In this document: piece by piece, positions 1 through 10,381 of the stretch
Layout of the letters: every line of letters starts with the position of its first letter
How positions within the stretch are numbered: the stretch's first letter is position 1
Assembly: GCA_963675745.2 (NCBI GenBank)
Contig: CAXXWX010000001.1
Location: 96,001-160,000 of the forward strand
DNA: 64,000 nucleotides
Direction: 5' to 3'
Source of the DNA: Phycisphaerae bacterium
GTDB lineage: Bacteria > Planctomycetota > Phycisphaerae > UBA1845 > Fen-1342
Program-made: the position numbers and the translations under genes
Notes under the pieces: model-generated
Told to the model about the DNA's origin: nothing
What the model saw: the letters and a program-made list of their open reading frames with translations, nothing else
Database searches by the model: none

Positions 1-414
1 CGGTTGCGTTTCGAGACAGCGCGGCCATCACAGCGGCCGCCGCGCCGCTCGTCACATTCTCACAGTTTCATCCACTGTTCACTTGTCATAGATCTACCGG
101 CCCTGTCAGGACGGTCCCGCATGTTAGCAGCTTCGCGCCCGCCTGCAAGCCCCCGGGCAGCGAAAACAGAGATTTTCCACGAAAAGCCCGAACGCGTGCG
201 GCAAAATGCACCAAAATCAACTCCGCGTGACCCTCGATGGGACACTTGCCGATCGTGTATATTGAATCAAGGAATACCCCAGGGCACCAGCACGGAACGC
301 GCCGGCGGCCGAGACGCATCGTCATGCCGCCTGCCCAGGAGCGACCCAAGACGCACCGAAGACACGCTGGGGGCTTGCCGATCAAGCCACTTACTGCAAC
401 GCAGGAGGCATAAC

Positions 415-2589
415 ATGATCCATCAACGGAGCGTAACCTACATCGCCACATCCCTTGCTATCGCCGTATTTATCGGAACTTTAGGCGGCTGCCCAGGCTT
501 TGTGTTCCCACCGCCGGGCACGCAGGACGACCCCCTAAACGGGTCGCCGGGCACCCCCGCCAAACTCATCGCTTTTGACTCCCCTGAGGCACTGCTTGAC
601 TACTTCAAGACCGAGGGTCTGCGCCGAATCGAGCCCGACCCCAACCCGGTCGGGTTTTTCGATCTCTTCGGCATAGCCGCCCCGACCGCGGCCTCTCCCG
701 GCGGGACCTTGGATGACGTGGCCAGTTTCGATCAGGCCGCGCCCGAAGATTCACGAGGCGGTGACGGCGGCGAGAATGCCGACGATTACTCCACGACAAA
801 CCTGCAAGTCGCCGGCGTCGACGAAGCCGACATTTTCAAATCCGACGGCACTAACTTCTACTTCGCCAGCGGAAACCTGATCCGCATTCTCCAGGCCACT
901 CCACTGGCGGACATGGCCGAATTGTCCACCATCGAAGTCGGCCACCAGATCAACGAAATGTACTTCTACCAGAACTTCCTGATCGTGATGGCGGTCCGCT
1001 ACGAGGAGTACCAGGGCGACGGCGTGGCCAGCCCCGGCATGCCTGAGCCCGCCATGGATGTCGGCTACGGCGGCTCCTATTACTACGGCGGCGTGCCGCG
1101 ATACATCATCGCGCAGATCGACATCAGCGATCCGGCCAACCCAGCGCTTGTTCATGAACTCGAGGTCGACGGCCTGATTCAGAATTCGCGTCTCACCGAC
1201 GGCCGGCTTGTGGTCATCACGAGCGTTTCGCCGAACATGCCCTACGACGGGCCGGCCATTCAAGCGCTGGAGCTGGATGACCTGATGCCAAACGTGCGCA
1301 CCGCGGCCGGCGCGGTGCCAATGGTCCACTGGAGTGGCTGGTACCATCCCGCCGAACACGACGGCTATCAAACCACCGCGGTCGTGACCATCGATGCCGG
1401 CAATGTCGAATCGATCATCGGAGCACTCGCCATCGTCGCGGACGCCGGCGTGGTCTACATGACGACGGACGCGCTTTACGTAACCGACGATGACTACAGC
1501 GATGACTATGGCTACCGGCCGATCACCGCGATTCACAAGATCACATTCGACGAAGCCGGCGTGCCTCAGTATGCCGCAAGCGGCAGCGTGCCGGGCCGCG
1601 TGCTGAACCAGTTCTCGCTGGACGAATACGAGGATCATCTGCGCCTGGCGACGCACGTTGAGGACTTCAGCTTCTTCTTCGAACCGTGGTTCCCTGACGT
1701 GATACTGTTCTCGGATGTGGCGGTGAGCGTTGGCAACGCTTCTCTGCGTGAGCAGGCCAACGAGCCGTCCGAGCCCTACAACGCGGTTTGGGTGCTGGGC
1801 CAGGATGGCGGCGCGCTGGAAATCACCGGCTCCGTCGAGAACATCGCGCCGGGCGAAGATATCTACGCCGCCCGCTTCCTGGGTGATCACGGATTCCTGG
1901 TCACGTTTGAGCGGATGGACCCGCTGTTCGTACTGAACCTCACCGATCCGGCCGACCCGCAACTGCTGGGCGAGCTCGAGATCCCCGGGTTCAGTGAATA
2001 CCTGCACCCCTATGGCGAGAACCACCTCATCGGCGTCGGCAGATCAACCGAGATCTCGGAGTGGGGCGGCACCATCGAGACGGGTGTCCAGCTCTCACTG
2101 TTCGATGTGAGCGACTGGGCCAATCCCACCGCCGTACAGCAGATCACCATCGGCGAGCAGGGCTCGTTCAGCGACGTCAGCAACACGCACAAGGCCTTCA
2201 CATTCCGCGAGGCGGACGGCCTGCTGGCGCTGCCGGCGGTTGTCACGATCCAGCGCGGCATGGAGTGGGGCTATCCGGTGTACGGTTACGAAGAGTCCGT
2301 GCTGCTGTTCCAGGTATCGACCGAAACGGGCTTCACGCAGCTCGGCCGGTTGGACGTCGCATATGAAGACGACGCGCCGCAGGATGACTGGTGGTATCAG
2401 AACTCCTGGCGCCGGGCCGCGTTCATCGGCGACACGCTGTATGCGGTCGCCCCCAGCGGCGTGCGCGGCGCGCCGCTTGACGACCTGTCAGCGGATTCGT
2501 CCGTGGGCTTCCCCCTCGTGACGACCGACTACTACTACGGGTACATGGACACGGTCGACGACGATGTTGACAGAGAAATCGACGAATAG
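415..2589 (+). CDS. Beta-propeller domain lipoprotein (Beta_propel-type secreted protein)
   Basis: ATG at 415 with AGGAGG at 403-408; the ORF track start at 4 is an over-extension. Lipobox-like LGGC after a hydrophobic stretch. Family-typical motifs YSTTNLQVAGVDEADIFKSDG, VPGRVLNQFSLDEY, GEDIYAARF, DPLFVLNL, LGELEIPGFSEYLHP. Confidence 0.85.
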   Translation: MIHQRSVTYIATSLAIAVFIGTLGGCPGFVFPPPGTQDDPLNGSPGTPAKLIAFDSPEALLDYFKTEGLRRIEPDPNPVGFFDLFGIAAPTAASPGGTLDDVASFDQAAPEDSRGGDGGENADDYSTTNLQVAGVDEADIFKSDGTNFYFASGNLIRILQATPLADMAELSTIEVGHQINEMYFYQNFLIVMAVRYEEYQGDGVASPGMPEPAMDVGYGGSYYYGGVPRYIIAQIDISDPANPALVHELEVDGLIQNSRLTDGRLVVITSVSPNMPYDGPAIQALELDDLMPNVRTAAGAVPMVHWSGWYHPAEHDGYQTTAVVTIDAGNVESIIGALAIVADAGVVYMTTDALYVTDDDYSDDYGYRPITAIHKITFDEAGVPQYAASGSVPGRVLNQFSLDEYEDHLRLATHVEDFSFFFEPWFPDVILFSDVAVSVGNASLREQANEPSEPYNAVWVLGQDGGALEITGSVENIAPGEDIYAARFLGDHGFLVTFERMDPLFVLNLTDPADPQLLGELEIPGFSEYLHPYGENHLIGVGRSTEISEWGGTIETGVQLSLFDVSDWANPTAVQQITIGEQGSFSDVSNTHKAFTFREADGLLALPAVVTIQRGMEWGYPVYGYEESVLLFQVSTETGFTQLGRLDVAYEDDAPQDDWWYQNSWRRAAFIGDTLYAVAPSGVRGAPLDDLSADSSVGFPLVTTDYYYGYMDTVDDDVDREIDE

Positions 2590-2659
2590 CGGCAACGACA
2601 GGAACGACCACAGGTAGGGCATCATCTCCGAAGTGCATTCGGCGCCCGGCCGCACAGCG

Positions 2660-4900
2660 CTAGTCGGCTGGGACCGGTGATGGCATCGGCTCAGTCTTGG
2701 GCCGGCCGGGCGACGGATGCATGGAAAAGACCAGCAGGACACCCACAACGGTCAGGCCCAGTGCCGCCGCCGTCCAGATCGGCGACACAGCGCCATCTTC
2801 CGCGCCGATCACACCGGCGTCTGCGAGCGCGGTCTCCAGGGCCGGCACTTCGCTCAGTAGAATCAGCATCGCATTGTGCATCATGTGAGCGATGACCGCC
2901 GGCCAGATCGATCCGCCGCGCAACACCAGGAGTCCGAACAGCAGCCCCAGCGCTCCGGTGACGATCAGTCGATATACGCTGTGGTGAAACATGGCGAATG
3001 CAAACGCGGTGATAAGCAGTGCCGCCCATTTGCCGAGCGACCCGCGCAGGCCTTGCAGCACATACCCTCTGAAGAACAGCTCTTCCACGAAACCGGGCGT
3101 GAACGCCAGCGCGACAAGCACCAGCCAGAGCGGCGCGGCGCTGATCATCTGCTGAATCTGGGCGTGGCCGACTTCGGCCTCGGGCGGTATCGGCATCCAG
3201 CCGGCCTGAAACGAGAGCCAGGCGGCCGTCAACAGCCATGTCGAACACCCGAAACACAGCGCGGCCAGCAGCCCCGCGACGCGCGGCTTGTGAAGGGCGA
3301 ACGCCGTCAGCGGCCGCACACGCGTGTAGACCGCGGCCATGTATGGGAACAGCCCCAGCAACCCTGTCAGCAACAGCACCAGTCCGGAAAGGTACCGCAC
3401 CGGCTGCGCCAGCAGCTCGACGCCCAGCAGCGTCTGGCTGATGAAGAAGTGCAGCAGATAGGCCACCGCGAGTACAAGGAATGCCATCGCCGCCGTCGGT
3501 ACCGCGCGGGCCTTGAAGAACCGTCGCACGAACAGGGATTTGATCGACCCGCTGTCAGCGAACAGCACGGCTTCCTGCCCGAAGAGCTTGGCGGCGACCG
3601 CCACCGCCGCGCCCGCGTAGATCGACGACGACATCGTCACCCACAAGATGTTCAGCGCGTCGATGCGCCCCATGAACAGATCGCGCGTGAGCAGCACGAT
3701 GTTCGCCACCGGAATCACCAGCAAGGGGCCTTCGAGCCGTGAGCCGGGCAGGGTCCCCACCACTGCCGGAATCATCGCCGCCACCATCACCGGCATCACG
3801 TAGTTCTGGGCTTCCTTAAAGCTGCGGGCAAAGCTGCACACCGCGAGCAGCGCGGCGCTGAACATCACCGCCAGCGGGATGAGCACTATGAGCACCCAGG
3901 GCATGGCGGCCAGTGGGAAAACCACTTCGCCGCCTTTGGCCAGAATGTCACCCAACCCGCCCAGGTAAACGGTCCCCGCCACGGAGAGCAGGTTCAGTGT
4001 CGCGCTCAGCATCCCGATCAACGTCACCACGATGAACTTGCCCGCGATCAGGTCCACGGTCGGCACCGGGGCGACCATCAGCGTCTCAAGCGTGCCGCGC
4101 TCGCGCTCGCCGGCGGTCAGATCGATGGCCGGATAGATCGCTCCCGAGATGGTCATCACGATCAGAATGAACGGCACGATCTGACCCAGGATCGACCCGC
4201 CGACGCGTTCGGGCGTCGCCACCAGGTCCACCTTGATATCCAGCGGCGAGAGCACGGACGGGTCGAGCCCGTGCTGCGTCAGACGGACCTCAACCATCTT
4301 TGCCTGGAGCCGCGAGAGAATCCCCTGCAAGCCGGGGGCGGCGTAGCGATAGCTGCGGTACTCCGTCTGGTCATAGACGAGCGTCACGTGCGACTGCGGG
4401 CCCGAATCAAATGTCGGCAGCGGCCCGTCAACCAGAATGCCGACATGGGCGGCGCCGCTCTTGACTGTCTCACGCACATTCTTGGTGATCAGAATCCGGA
4501 AGTCCGGCGGCCGGCTGCGCGCGTCGGCGTCGGCGGCTTCATCATTGCTGGCGATGACGTCGGGTGGCGGGGCCGCCTCGGCGGTCGGGTTCTCGCGCAT
4601 CTCCTGTCGCAGCTCGGGCAAGTCCTCCGCCGCGACATCCACGCCGGCCGGATGACGCGTCAGGTCCGCGTCGATGCGCGCCCGCAGCCAATGCGCGACC
4701 TGCTCATCGGCGACGGCGATGATGTACACCTCTTGCTCCATGCTGGTCGATTGCAGCTCGAACGCCTGGAGCGACCCCAGCATGAGGGCCGGGTAGAGGA
4801 TGATCGGCACAATCACCATGGCCATCACGGTGCGCCGATCACGCAGCGTGTCGCGCAGCTCTTTGCGCCAGATCGTGTTAATCCGCGAGAATCGAGTCAT
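2660..4900 (-). CDS. ABC transporter permease (NatB-like) fused to C-terminal CPBP/Abi intramembrane metalloprotease
   Basis: N-terminal KELRDTLRDRRT and AGERERGTLETL..P (NatB/ABC-2). C-terminal EELFFRG, FAMFH and AHMMHN (CPBP motifs). Many TM segments; overlaps the upstream ATPase gene. Confidence 0.85.
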   Translation of the reverse strand: MTRFSRINTIWRKELRDTLRDRRTVMAMVIVPIILYPALMLGSLQAFELQSTSMEQEVYIIAVADEQVAHWLRARIDADLTRHPAGVDVAAEDLPELRQEMRENPTAEAAPPPDVIASNDEAADADARSRPPDFRILITKNVRETVKSGAAHVGILVDGPLPTFDSGPQSHVTLVYDQTEYRSYRYAAPGLQGILSRLQAKMVEVRLTQHGLDPSVLSPLDIKVDLVATPERVGGSILGQIVPFILIVMTISGAIYPAIDLTAGERERGTLETLMVAPVPTVDLIAGKFIVVTLIGMLSATLNLLSVAGTVYLGGLGDILAKGGEVVFPLAAMPWVLIVLIPLAVMFSAALLAVCSFARSFKEAQNYVMPVMVAAMIPAVVGTLPGSRLEGPLLVIPVANIVLLTRDLFMGRIDALNILWVTMSSSIYAGAAVAVAAKLFGQEAVLFADSGSIKSLFVRRFFKARAVPTAAMAFLVLAVAYLLHFFISQTLLGVELLAQPVRYLSGLVLLLTGLLGLFPYMAAVYTRVRPLTAFALHKPRVAGLLAALCFGCSTWLLTAAWLSFQAGWMPIPPEAEVGHAQIQQMISAAPLWLVLVALAFTPGFVEELFFRGYVLQGLRGSLGKWAALLITAFAFAMFHHSVYRLIVTGALGLLFGLLVLRGGSIWPAVIAHMMHNAMLILLSEVPALETALADAGVIGAEDGAVSPIWTAAALGLTVVGVLLVFSMHPSPGRPKTEPMPSPVPAD

Positions 4901-5630
4901 CCGCTGCCACCAGGCTCAGAAAGACCTCGCTGAGCCGCTGCACGCCGGTCTGTTGGCGCAGGGCCTCCAGATCACTGTCGGCGATGAGTTTACCGTTATG
5001 TATCAGCCCGATGCGCCGGCAGAGGGTTTCGATCTCATCCAGCGCGTGCGTTGACAGAACGACCGTTTTGCCCGCCGATGCCTGGCTGTGGATGAATCCC
5101 AGGATCAGGCGGTTGCTGAGCACGTCGAGGCCGAGCGTCGGCTCGTCCATGATCAGTACCGGCGGGTCGGCGATCAGCGCGCGGGCGATGCTGGTACGCT
5201 GTTTCTGCCCGGTCGACAGCGCTCCGCAGCGCAGACGCATGAAGGGCGGCATATCCAGCCACTCCACGAGCTCCTGGATACGCTTTTGAGCCTGCGCGCG
5301 ATCCAGCCCGTACAGAGCCGCGAAGTATTCGAGCACCTCCAGCGGTGTCAGCCGCGCGTAGAGCTCGGTGCGGGCCGTGAGGTAGCCGATGCTGCGTTTC
5401 ACGTCCTCCGGGCGGTCGGTCACGTCAACGTCATTGATGTATACGCGTCCGCTGGTCGGGCGCAGGAGCCCGCCGATCATGCGCAGCGTGGTGGTCTTGC
5501 CGGCCCCGTTGGGCCCGAGCAGACCATAGATTTCGCCCGGTGACGCCTCGAACGTGATGTGATCGACAGCGGTTTTCTCGGTCCCGTCCGGATTGGGAAA
5601 CCGCTTGGTTAGCTGCTCGACACGGATCAT
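4878..5630 (-). CDS. ABC transporter ATP-binding protein (NatA-like)
   Basis: Walker A GPNGAGKTT, signature LSTGQKQR, Walker B ILMDEPT-like (LIMDEPT), H-loop STH. Likely start MIRVEQLTK at 5630. Confidence 0.9.
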   Translation of the reverse strand: MIRVEQLTKRFPNPDGTEKTAVDHITFEASPGEIYGLLGPNGAGKTTTLRMIGGLLRPTSGRVYINDVDVTDRPEDVKRSIGYLTARTELYARLTPLEVLEYFAALYGLDRAQAQKRIQELVEWLDMPPFMRLRCGALSTGQKQRTSIARALIADPPVLIMDEPTLGLDVLSNRLILGFIHSQASAGKTVVLSTHALDEIETLCRRIGLIHNGKLIADSDLEALRQQTGVQRLSEVFLSLVAADDSILAD

Positions 5631-5952
5631 AAAGTTCCAATAATCCACGGCATACAGGGGCCGGTGTTCATATCTATCGTCGATCGGCGGCGCATTCCTG
5701 ACACGATTCGTCAGTTGAATTCGCCGGCGAGGCCAACAGAGTGTATAGCATTTTCGCCTCGGCGTAATGTTCGCTGATTCCCTTTCCGGCGCAGCAACGC
5801 CACGCGGACAGCACTGGACACGGCAACCGCCAAGTCGCTACCTTGTGGATACTGGGGGCGGCAATGCTCTACCGGGCCGCCGCCGCCGCGTGCATATCGG
5901 TGTCGGAGTGGTGGGAAGCGTATGGTGCGGTAGCAACAAGGGAGGGTCGGCG

Positions 5953-8062
5953 ATGAGAACACTGGCACTGACCGCGGCAATGCTCATCTGCGCCACGGCG
6001 GCGCGGGCGGATACGGTTCTGGTGGAACCGGTCGGGCAGATTGGTGGGGTGTGCAATGACGTGGCCGTCGTCGGTGATCTGGCCTACATGGGTATCGGCC
6101 CCCGCCTGGTGATTCTGGATGTGTCCGACCGGTCCAATCCGACCTTCCTGGGCCAGTCGGAGGTGCTGCCGGATATTGTCTTCGGCGTAACGGTCTCGGG
6201 CGACTATGCTTACGTGGCGGCTTCCTACGCTGGTCTTCAGGTGATCAACATCTCGGATTCCGCCGCCCCGTTTCAGGTAGGGGCGTACGACACGAGCGCG
6301 GCTGCCTGCGACGTCGTGGTCGTGGGCGACTACGCCTACGTGGCTGATCACTACCGCGGTCTGAAAGTGATCAACATCTCGAATCCGGCCGCCCCATTTC
6401 TGGCCGGCGCTTACGACACGAGCGGGCAGGCCGTCGACGTAGTGGTCTCGGGTAGCCATGCCTACGTGGCTGATTATCACGGCGGTCTTCAGGTGATCAA
6501 CATCTCAAACCCGACTGCCCCGGTTTTGGAGGGTGCATGGGATGACGCAGACGGATCCGCCTCCGGCGTCGCGGTCGCCGGTGACTACGCCTATGTCGCG
6601 TACGGCATTGCCGGTCTTCAGGTGATCAACATCTCAAACCCGGCCACGCCTGTGTGGGTGGGCGCCTGCGATACCAGCGAGTCCGCCAGCGATGTCGCGA
6701 TCGTGGACAATCACGCATTCGTGGCGAGTAACTACTCTGGTCTTCAGGTTGTGGACATCTCAGATCCGGCCGCCCCCGTCCGGGACGGTGGATGGGACAC
6801 AAGTGGGCGTTCAGACGCCGTGGTGGTCTTGGGCGACTACGCCTACGTGGCAGACTACATGGCCGGTTTTCAGATCATCAACATCTCGGTCCCAGCTGCC
6901 CCCGTACAGGAGGGCGCGTACGGCACGTTCCACGTCGGCGCCGTTGCGGTCCTGGGCACGCACGTGCACGTGGCGGGAGGGTATGTCGGTCTTCAGCTCG
7001 TCAACGTCGCGAATCCTGCTGCTCCGTTCGAGGAGGGCAGACTCGACACGAGCGGGAGTGCCTCGGGCCTTGCGGTCTTGGGTGACTACGCCTACGTGGC
7101 GGACTGGGAGGGGGGTCTGCAGGTGATCAATACCGCGAACCCGTCCGCTCCGTTTCGTGCGGGCGGATGCAACATGAGCGGGCGTGCCAGGGGCGTTGCG
7201 GTCGTGGGCGACTACGCCTACGTGGCGGCCTGGGATGCCGGTCTTCAGGTGATCAACATCTCGAACCCGGTCGCCCCTGTCCCGGAAGGCGCGCACGACA
7301 CAAGCGGGTTGGCCAACGCGGTGGCGGTCTCGGGCGATTACGCGTACGTAGCGGATCGCGATGGCGGTCTTCAAGTGATCAACATCTCCAATCCTTCCAG
7401 CCCCACGCTGGCAGGTGCATGCGCCACAAGCGGGTATGCCTACGACGTGGCAGTCTTGGGTGACTACGCCTACGTAACGTGCGGCAACGCCGGTCTTCAG
7501 GTAATCGACATTTCGACCCCCGCCGCTCCGGTCTTGGCCGGCACGTACGAGACGACAGATCCCGCTGCGGGTATTGTCATCTCTGGTGACTGTGCTTACT
7601 TGGGAGTCGGCTCCACCGGTCTTCAGGTGATCAACATCTCGAACCCGGCTGCCCCGCTCCTGGCAGGCGGGCACGACACGAGTGTCGGCAGGCGGCGCCG
7701 TGCGGCGGTGTTGGGCGACCACGCCTACGTCGGCGATGGGGAGGGTGGCTTGGTCATCCTGCACGTCACACCCGACTGCAACGAGAACGGCGTTTCCGAT
7801 AGCGACGACATCGCCGGCGGCGCGAGTACCGACCTTAACGCCAACGGCATCCCGGACGAGTGCGAACGGCTGCTCGGCGACATGAACTGTGACGGGTTGG
7901 GCCAACAACGGCGACATCGACGCGTTTGTCTTCGCCATGTCGTATCCCGAGCAATATCCCGACGAATACCCGGATTGCGACATCATGAACGGCGACATCA
8001 ACGGCGACGGGTGGGTCAATAACGGCGATATCGACGCGTTTGTGGAGTTGCTCGTGCAGTGA
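5953..8062 (+). CDS. Secreted LVIVD-repeat protein with C-terminal dockerin-like Ca-binding module (frameshifted at about 7897-7901)
   Basis: GGAGG at 5941 and ATG at 5953; signal peptide MRTLALTAAMLICATAARA. 14 repeats of about 43 aa (VxVxGDYAYVA...GLQVINISNP). Removing one base near 7898 restores GDMNCDGxANNGDIDAFV...GDINGDGWVNNGDIDAFVELLVQ, ending at TGA 8060-8062. Confidence 0.85.
6058..7765 (+). repeat. 14 tandem coding LVIVD repeats (about 129 nt period)
   Basis: Recurrent ggcgactacgcctacgtggc and ggtcttcaggtgatcaacatctc blocks, in frame. Confidence 0.9.
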
Positions 8063-8295
8063 GCCGGTGAATTGCTCGTGCGAGAATCCTCTCTCGCACG
8101 TTCCTTTGCGGGAATCACATCCCGCGGTCATACGATGCGCGAAGCGGCTCTCGCCGGCGTGGGTGCGAGATATGAATCTCGCACCAGCGTGCGATTAGTT
8201 GACGGCGTTGGGTGCCATGCCGACGGCTGTTCGCGTCGGCATGCTTTTCCGCCGACGAGGACACCTTTGCCGGTTGAAAACCGGTTCCACAACCA

Positions 8296-9119
8296 CTATG
8301 CGACCGCGTCGCGGATACGCTGGCAGGTGGCGAGCACACGCTCAAGATCAGCGAGCGGCCAGACGGTGGCCGCGTCACTGTGTGCGTTCGGCGGGTCGTC
8401 GTGTACTTCCATAAACAGCGCGTCGATGCCCGCGGCGACCGCCGCACGGGTGAGCAGCGGCACGAAACGTCGCGCGCCGCCGGTGGTGGAACCCTCGCCG
8501 CCGGGGTATTGGACCGAATGGGTGGCGTCGAAGACTACCGGGGCGAACTCGCGCATGGTCTCGAAGCCGGTGAAATCGTTGATCAACCGCTCATACCCGA
8601 AGGACGTGCCCCGATCCGTGACCAGAACGTTCTCATTGCCGCTCTCGCGCACCTTCTCAACGGCGAGCCGCATCTTCTCGGGTGAGAGGAACTGCCCCTT
8701 CTTGATGTTGACGCAGCGGCCGGTCTTTCGCCGCCGCCACGAGCAGAGTCAGTCTGACGACACAGGAACGCGGGGACTTGTACGCAATCCAGAACTTCGC
8801 CGGCGGCCGCGGCCTGCGACGGCTCGTGAATATCGGACAACACCGGCACGCCGACCTGGTCGCGGACGGCGGCCAAAACGCGCAGCCCCTCTTCCAAGCC
8901 AGGTCCACGCCGCGAGTGAACGCTCGACCGATTGGCCTTGTCGAAGCTCGCTTTGAAGACAAACGGCAGCCCGACCTTGGCCGCGATGCCGGCGATCTGT
9001 TCGGCCAGCCGCAGACTGTGCTCGAGGGTCTCAATCACGCACGGGCCGGCGATCAGAACCAGCGGATTTCCAGCGCCGACTTCGTAGCGTCCGATCTTTC
9101 CAGTCTTTTGGGCATTCAT
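8296..9119 (-). pseudogene. kdsA: 3-deoxy-8-phosphooctulonate (KDO8P) synthase, interrupted by two 1-nt insertions (probably sequencing error)
   Basis: IAGPCVIE, FKASFDKANRSS, QVPAFLCRQTD, NIKKGQF, DRGTSFGY, FDATHSVQ and EVHDDP..A.SD are spread over three frames. Extra bases at about 8747 and 8727. Confidence 0.92.
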
Positions 9120-9205
9120 AACGGCATCTTATCATCGACCAGCCGCGCTCGACCAGAGACTGGCGAGATGATTGGACACCGGGCCTTATCTTTCACACGG
9201 TTGAA

Positions 9206-10324
9206 GTGTCCCGGGAGCGAACACGAGTGGTCGCAGCAAGGCACAATAACGCAACAGCATTGGCGAGCACAGCCAGCCGGACCCGCCGCGGCCGGGCGCG
9301 CCGGTTCACATGGTCGGTTCGGCTGTTGTTGCACGGCGTGCTGGTTGTCGCCGCGGTCTGGGGCGGGCCGTTGGTCCGTCCAATGGCCATCTGCTCGATA
9401 GTGATGGCGATTCTGGTTGATTTGGACGGCGTGACGCGTCACCTGTTGCGGACCGCCGGGCTGGCGCTGGCCGTCTGGGTGGCCGCGAGCTTTGGCAGTG
9501 CGGCGAATGCGAGCCTGGCGCCGGTATTCGGCACCGGCCGCATACTGGGGATCGGTAACGGCACCATCGCGCTGGGTGTCGGCGTTTTCCTCGCCACCAT
9601 GCTGGTGTCGGGCATATTCACGTGGGGGCTGCGCCGCAGGCCGTGGCTGAGCGCGTTTAACCACGCCGGTGGCGGCGTACTGGGCGCGGCGGAGGGCGCA
9701 TTGCTCATCGCGACGTTGTTCTGGGCGATTCAGATATTCTCCGAACCGATCAAGCTGCTGGCTGAGCAGACGCCCAGCAACGCCGCCAGCAGTCTGTCGC
9801 CGCTTGTGCAGCTTCGCCAACTGGAAGCGCGCTTTGCGGAAGATCCGGCCGCCGGCTTGTTTGCCAAGCACAATTGTCTGGCCGCGTTGCCGTTCATCCA
9901 GAGCGCGCGCAGCGTGGTTGACATCGCGTGCGATCGGTCGGCGATTGCCGCCCTGGCCGACAGCGATGACTTGCGAAGGCTGTTTGAGGAACCGGAGTTT
10001 CAGGCGAAGATCAGTGCGTTGCGCGAGCACCCCGATGTGCAGATCGCGCTACAAGAGCGTGATGTTGCCGCGCTGCTGCGATCGCAACCGCTGGCCGACC
10101 TGATCAATGATCCACAGCTTCTGACCGCCATGCAGACGCACCTGCCGAATCTGAAGACGGCCTTGGGTGAGACCGAACACGCCAAGCTCACCGAGCTGGC
10201 GGCGAATCTCGACGCCGATGAGTTGCGCCGCTTGCAGCGGATGGCTGGTTCGATGCTGGCGCACGTGCGGCTGGGAGAATCAATCGGCCTGGGTCGGGGA
10301 CCACAAACGGCGTGCGCGGATTAG
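9206..10324 (+). CDS. CvpA (colicin V production) family membrane protein with extended soluble C-terminus
   Basis: Several TM helices and NHAGGGVLGAAEGALL, resembling the CvpA DR.LG..FG..RG motif. Start uncertain. Confidence 0.6.
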   Translation: MSRERTRVVAARHNNATALASTASRTRRGRARRFTWSVRLLLHGVLVVAAVWGGPLVRPMAICSIVMAILVDLDGVTRHLLRTAGLALAVWVAASFGSAANASLAPVFGTGRILGIGNGTIALGVGVFLATMLVSGIFTWGLRRRPWLSAFNHAGGGVLGAAEGALLIATLFWAIQIFSEPIKLLAEQTPSNAASSLSPLVQLRQLEARFAEDPAAGLFAKHNCLAALPFIQSARSVVDIACDRSAIAALADSDDLRRLFEEPEFQAKISALREHPDVQIALQERDVAALLRSQPLADLINDPQLLTAMQTHLPNLKTALGETEHAKLTELAANLDADELRRLQRMAGSMLAHVRLGESIGLGRGPQTACAD

Positions 10325-10381
10325 CGGTGCCTCGGCAGAGCGGCAGGTCTGGCTGCACTCGACCTGCCCTACATGTCTATC

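Noticed and set aside
4..414. 137-aa N-terminal extension of the first ORF
   Set aside because: Low-complexity translation; a strong RBS and signal peptide start at 415.
7681..7705. Odd SVGRRRRAAV segment in the last LVIVD repeat
   Set aside because: It breaks the repeat consensus, but the frame is preserved overall. It may reflect compensating indels in the same error-prone patch; not interpretable without reads.
6058..7765. Regularly spaced conserved DNA blocks resembling a CRISPR array
   Set aside because: They are in-frame LVIVD coding repeats with synonymous variation; the intervening sequence is also homologous, and no cas genes are present.
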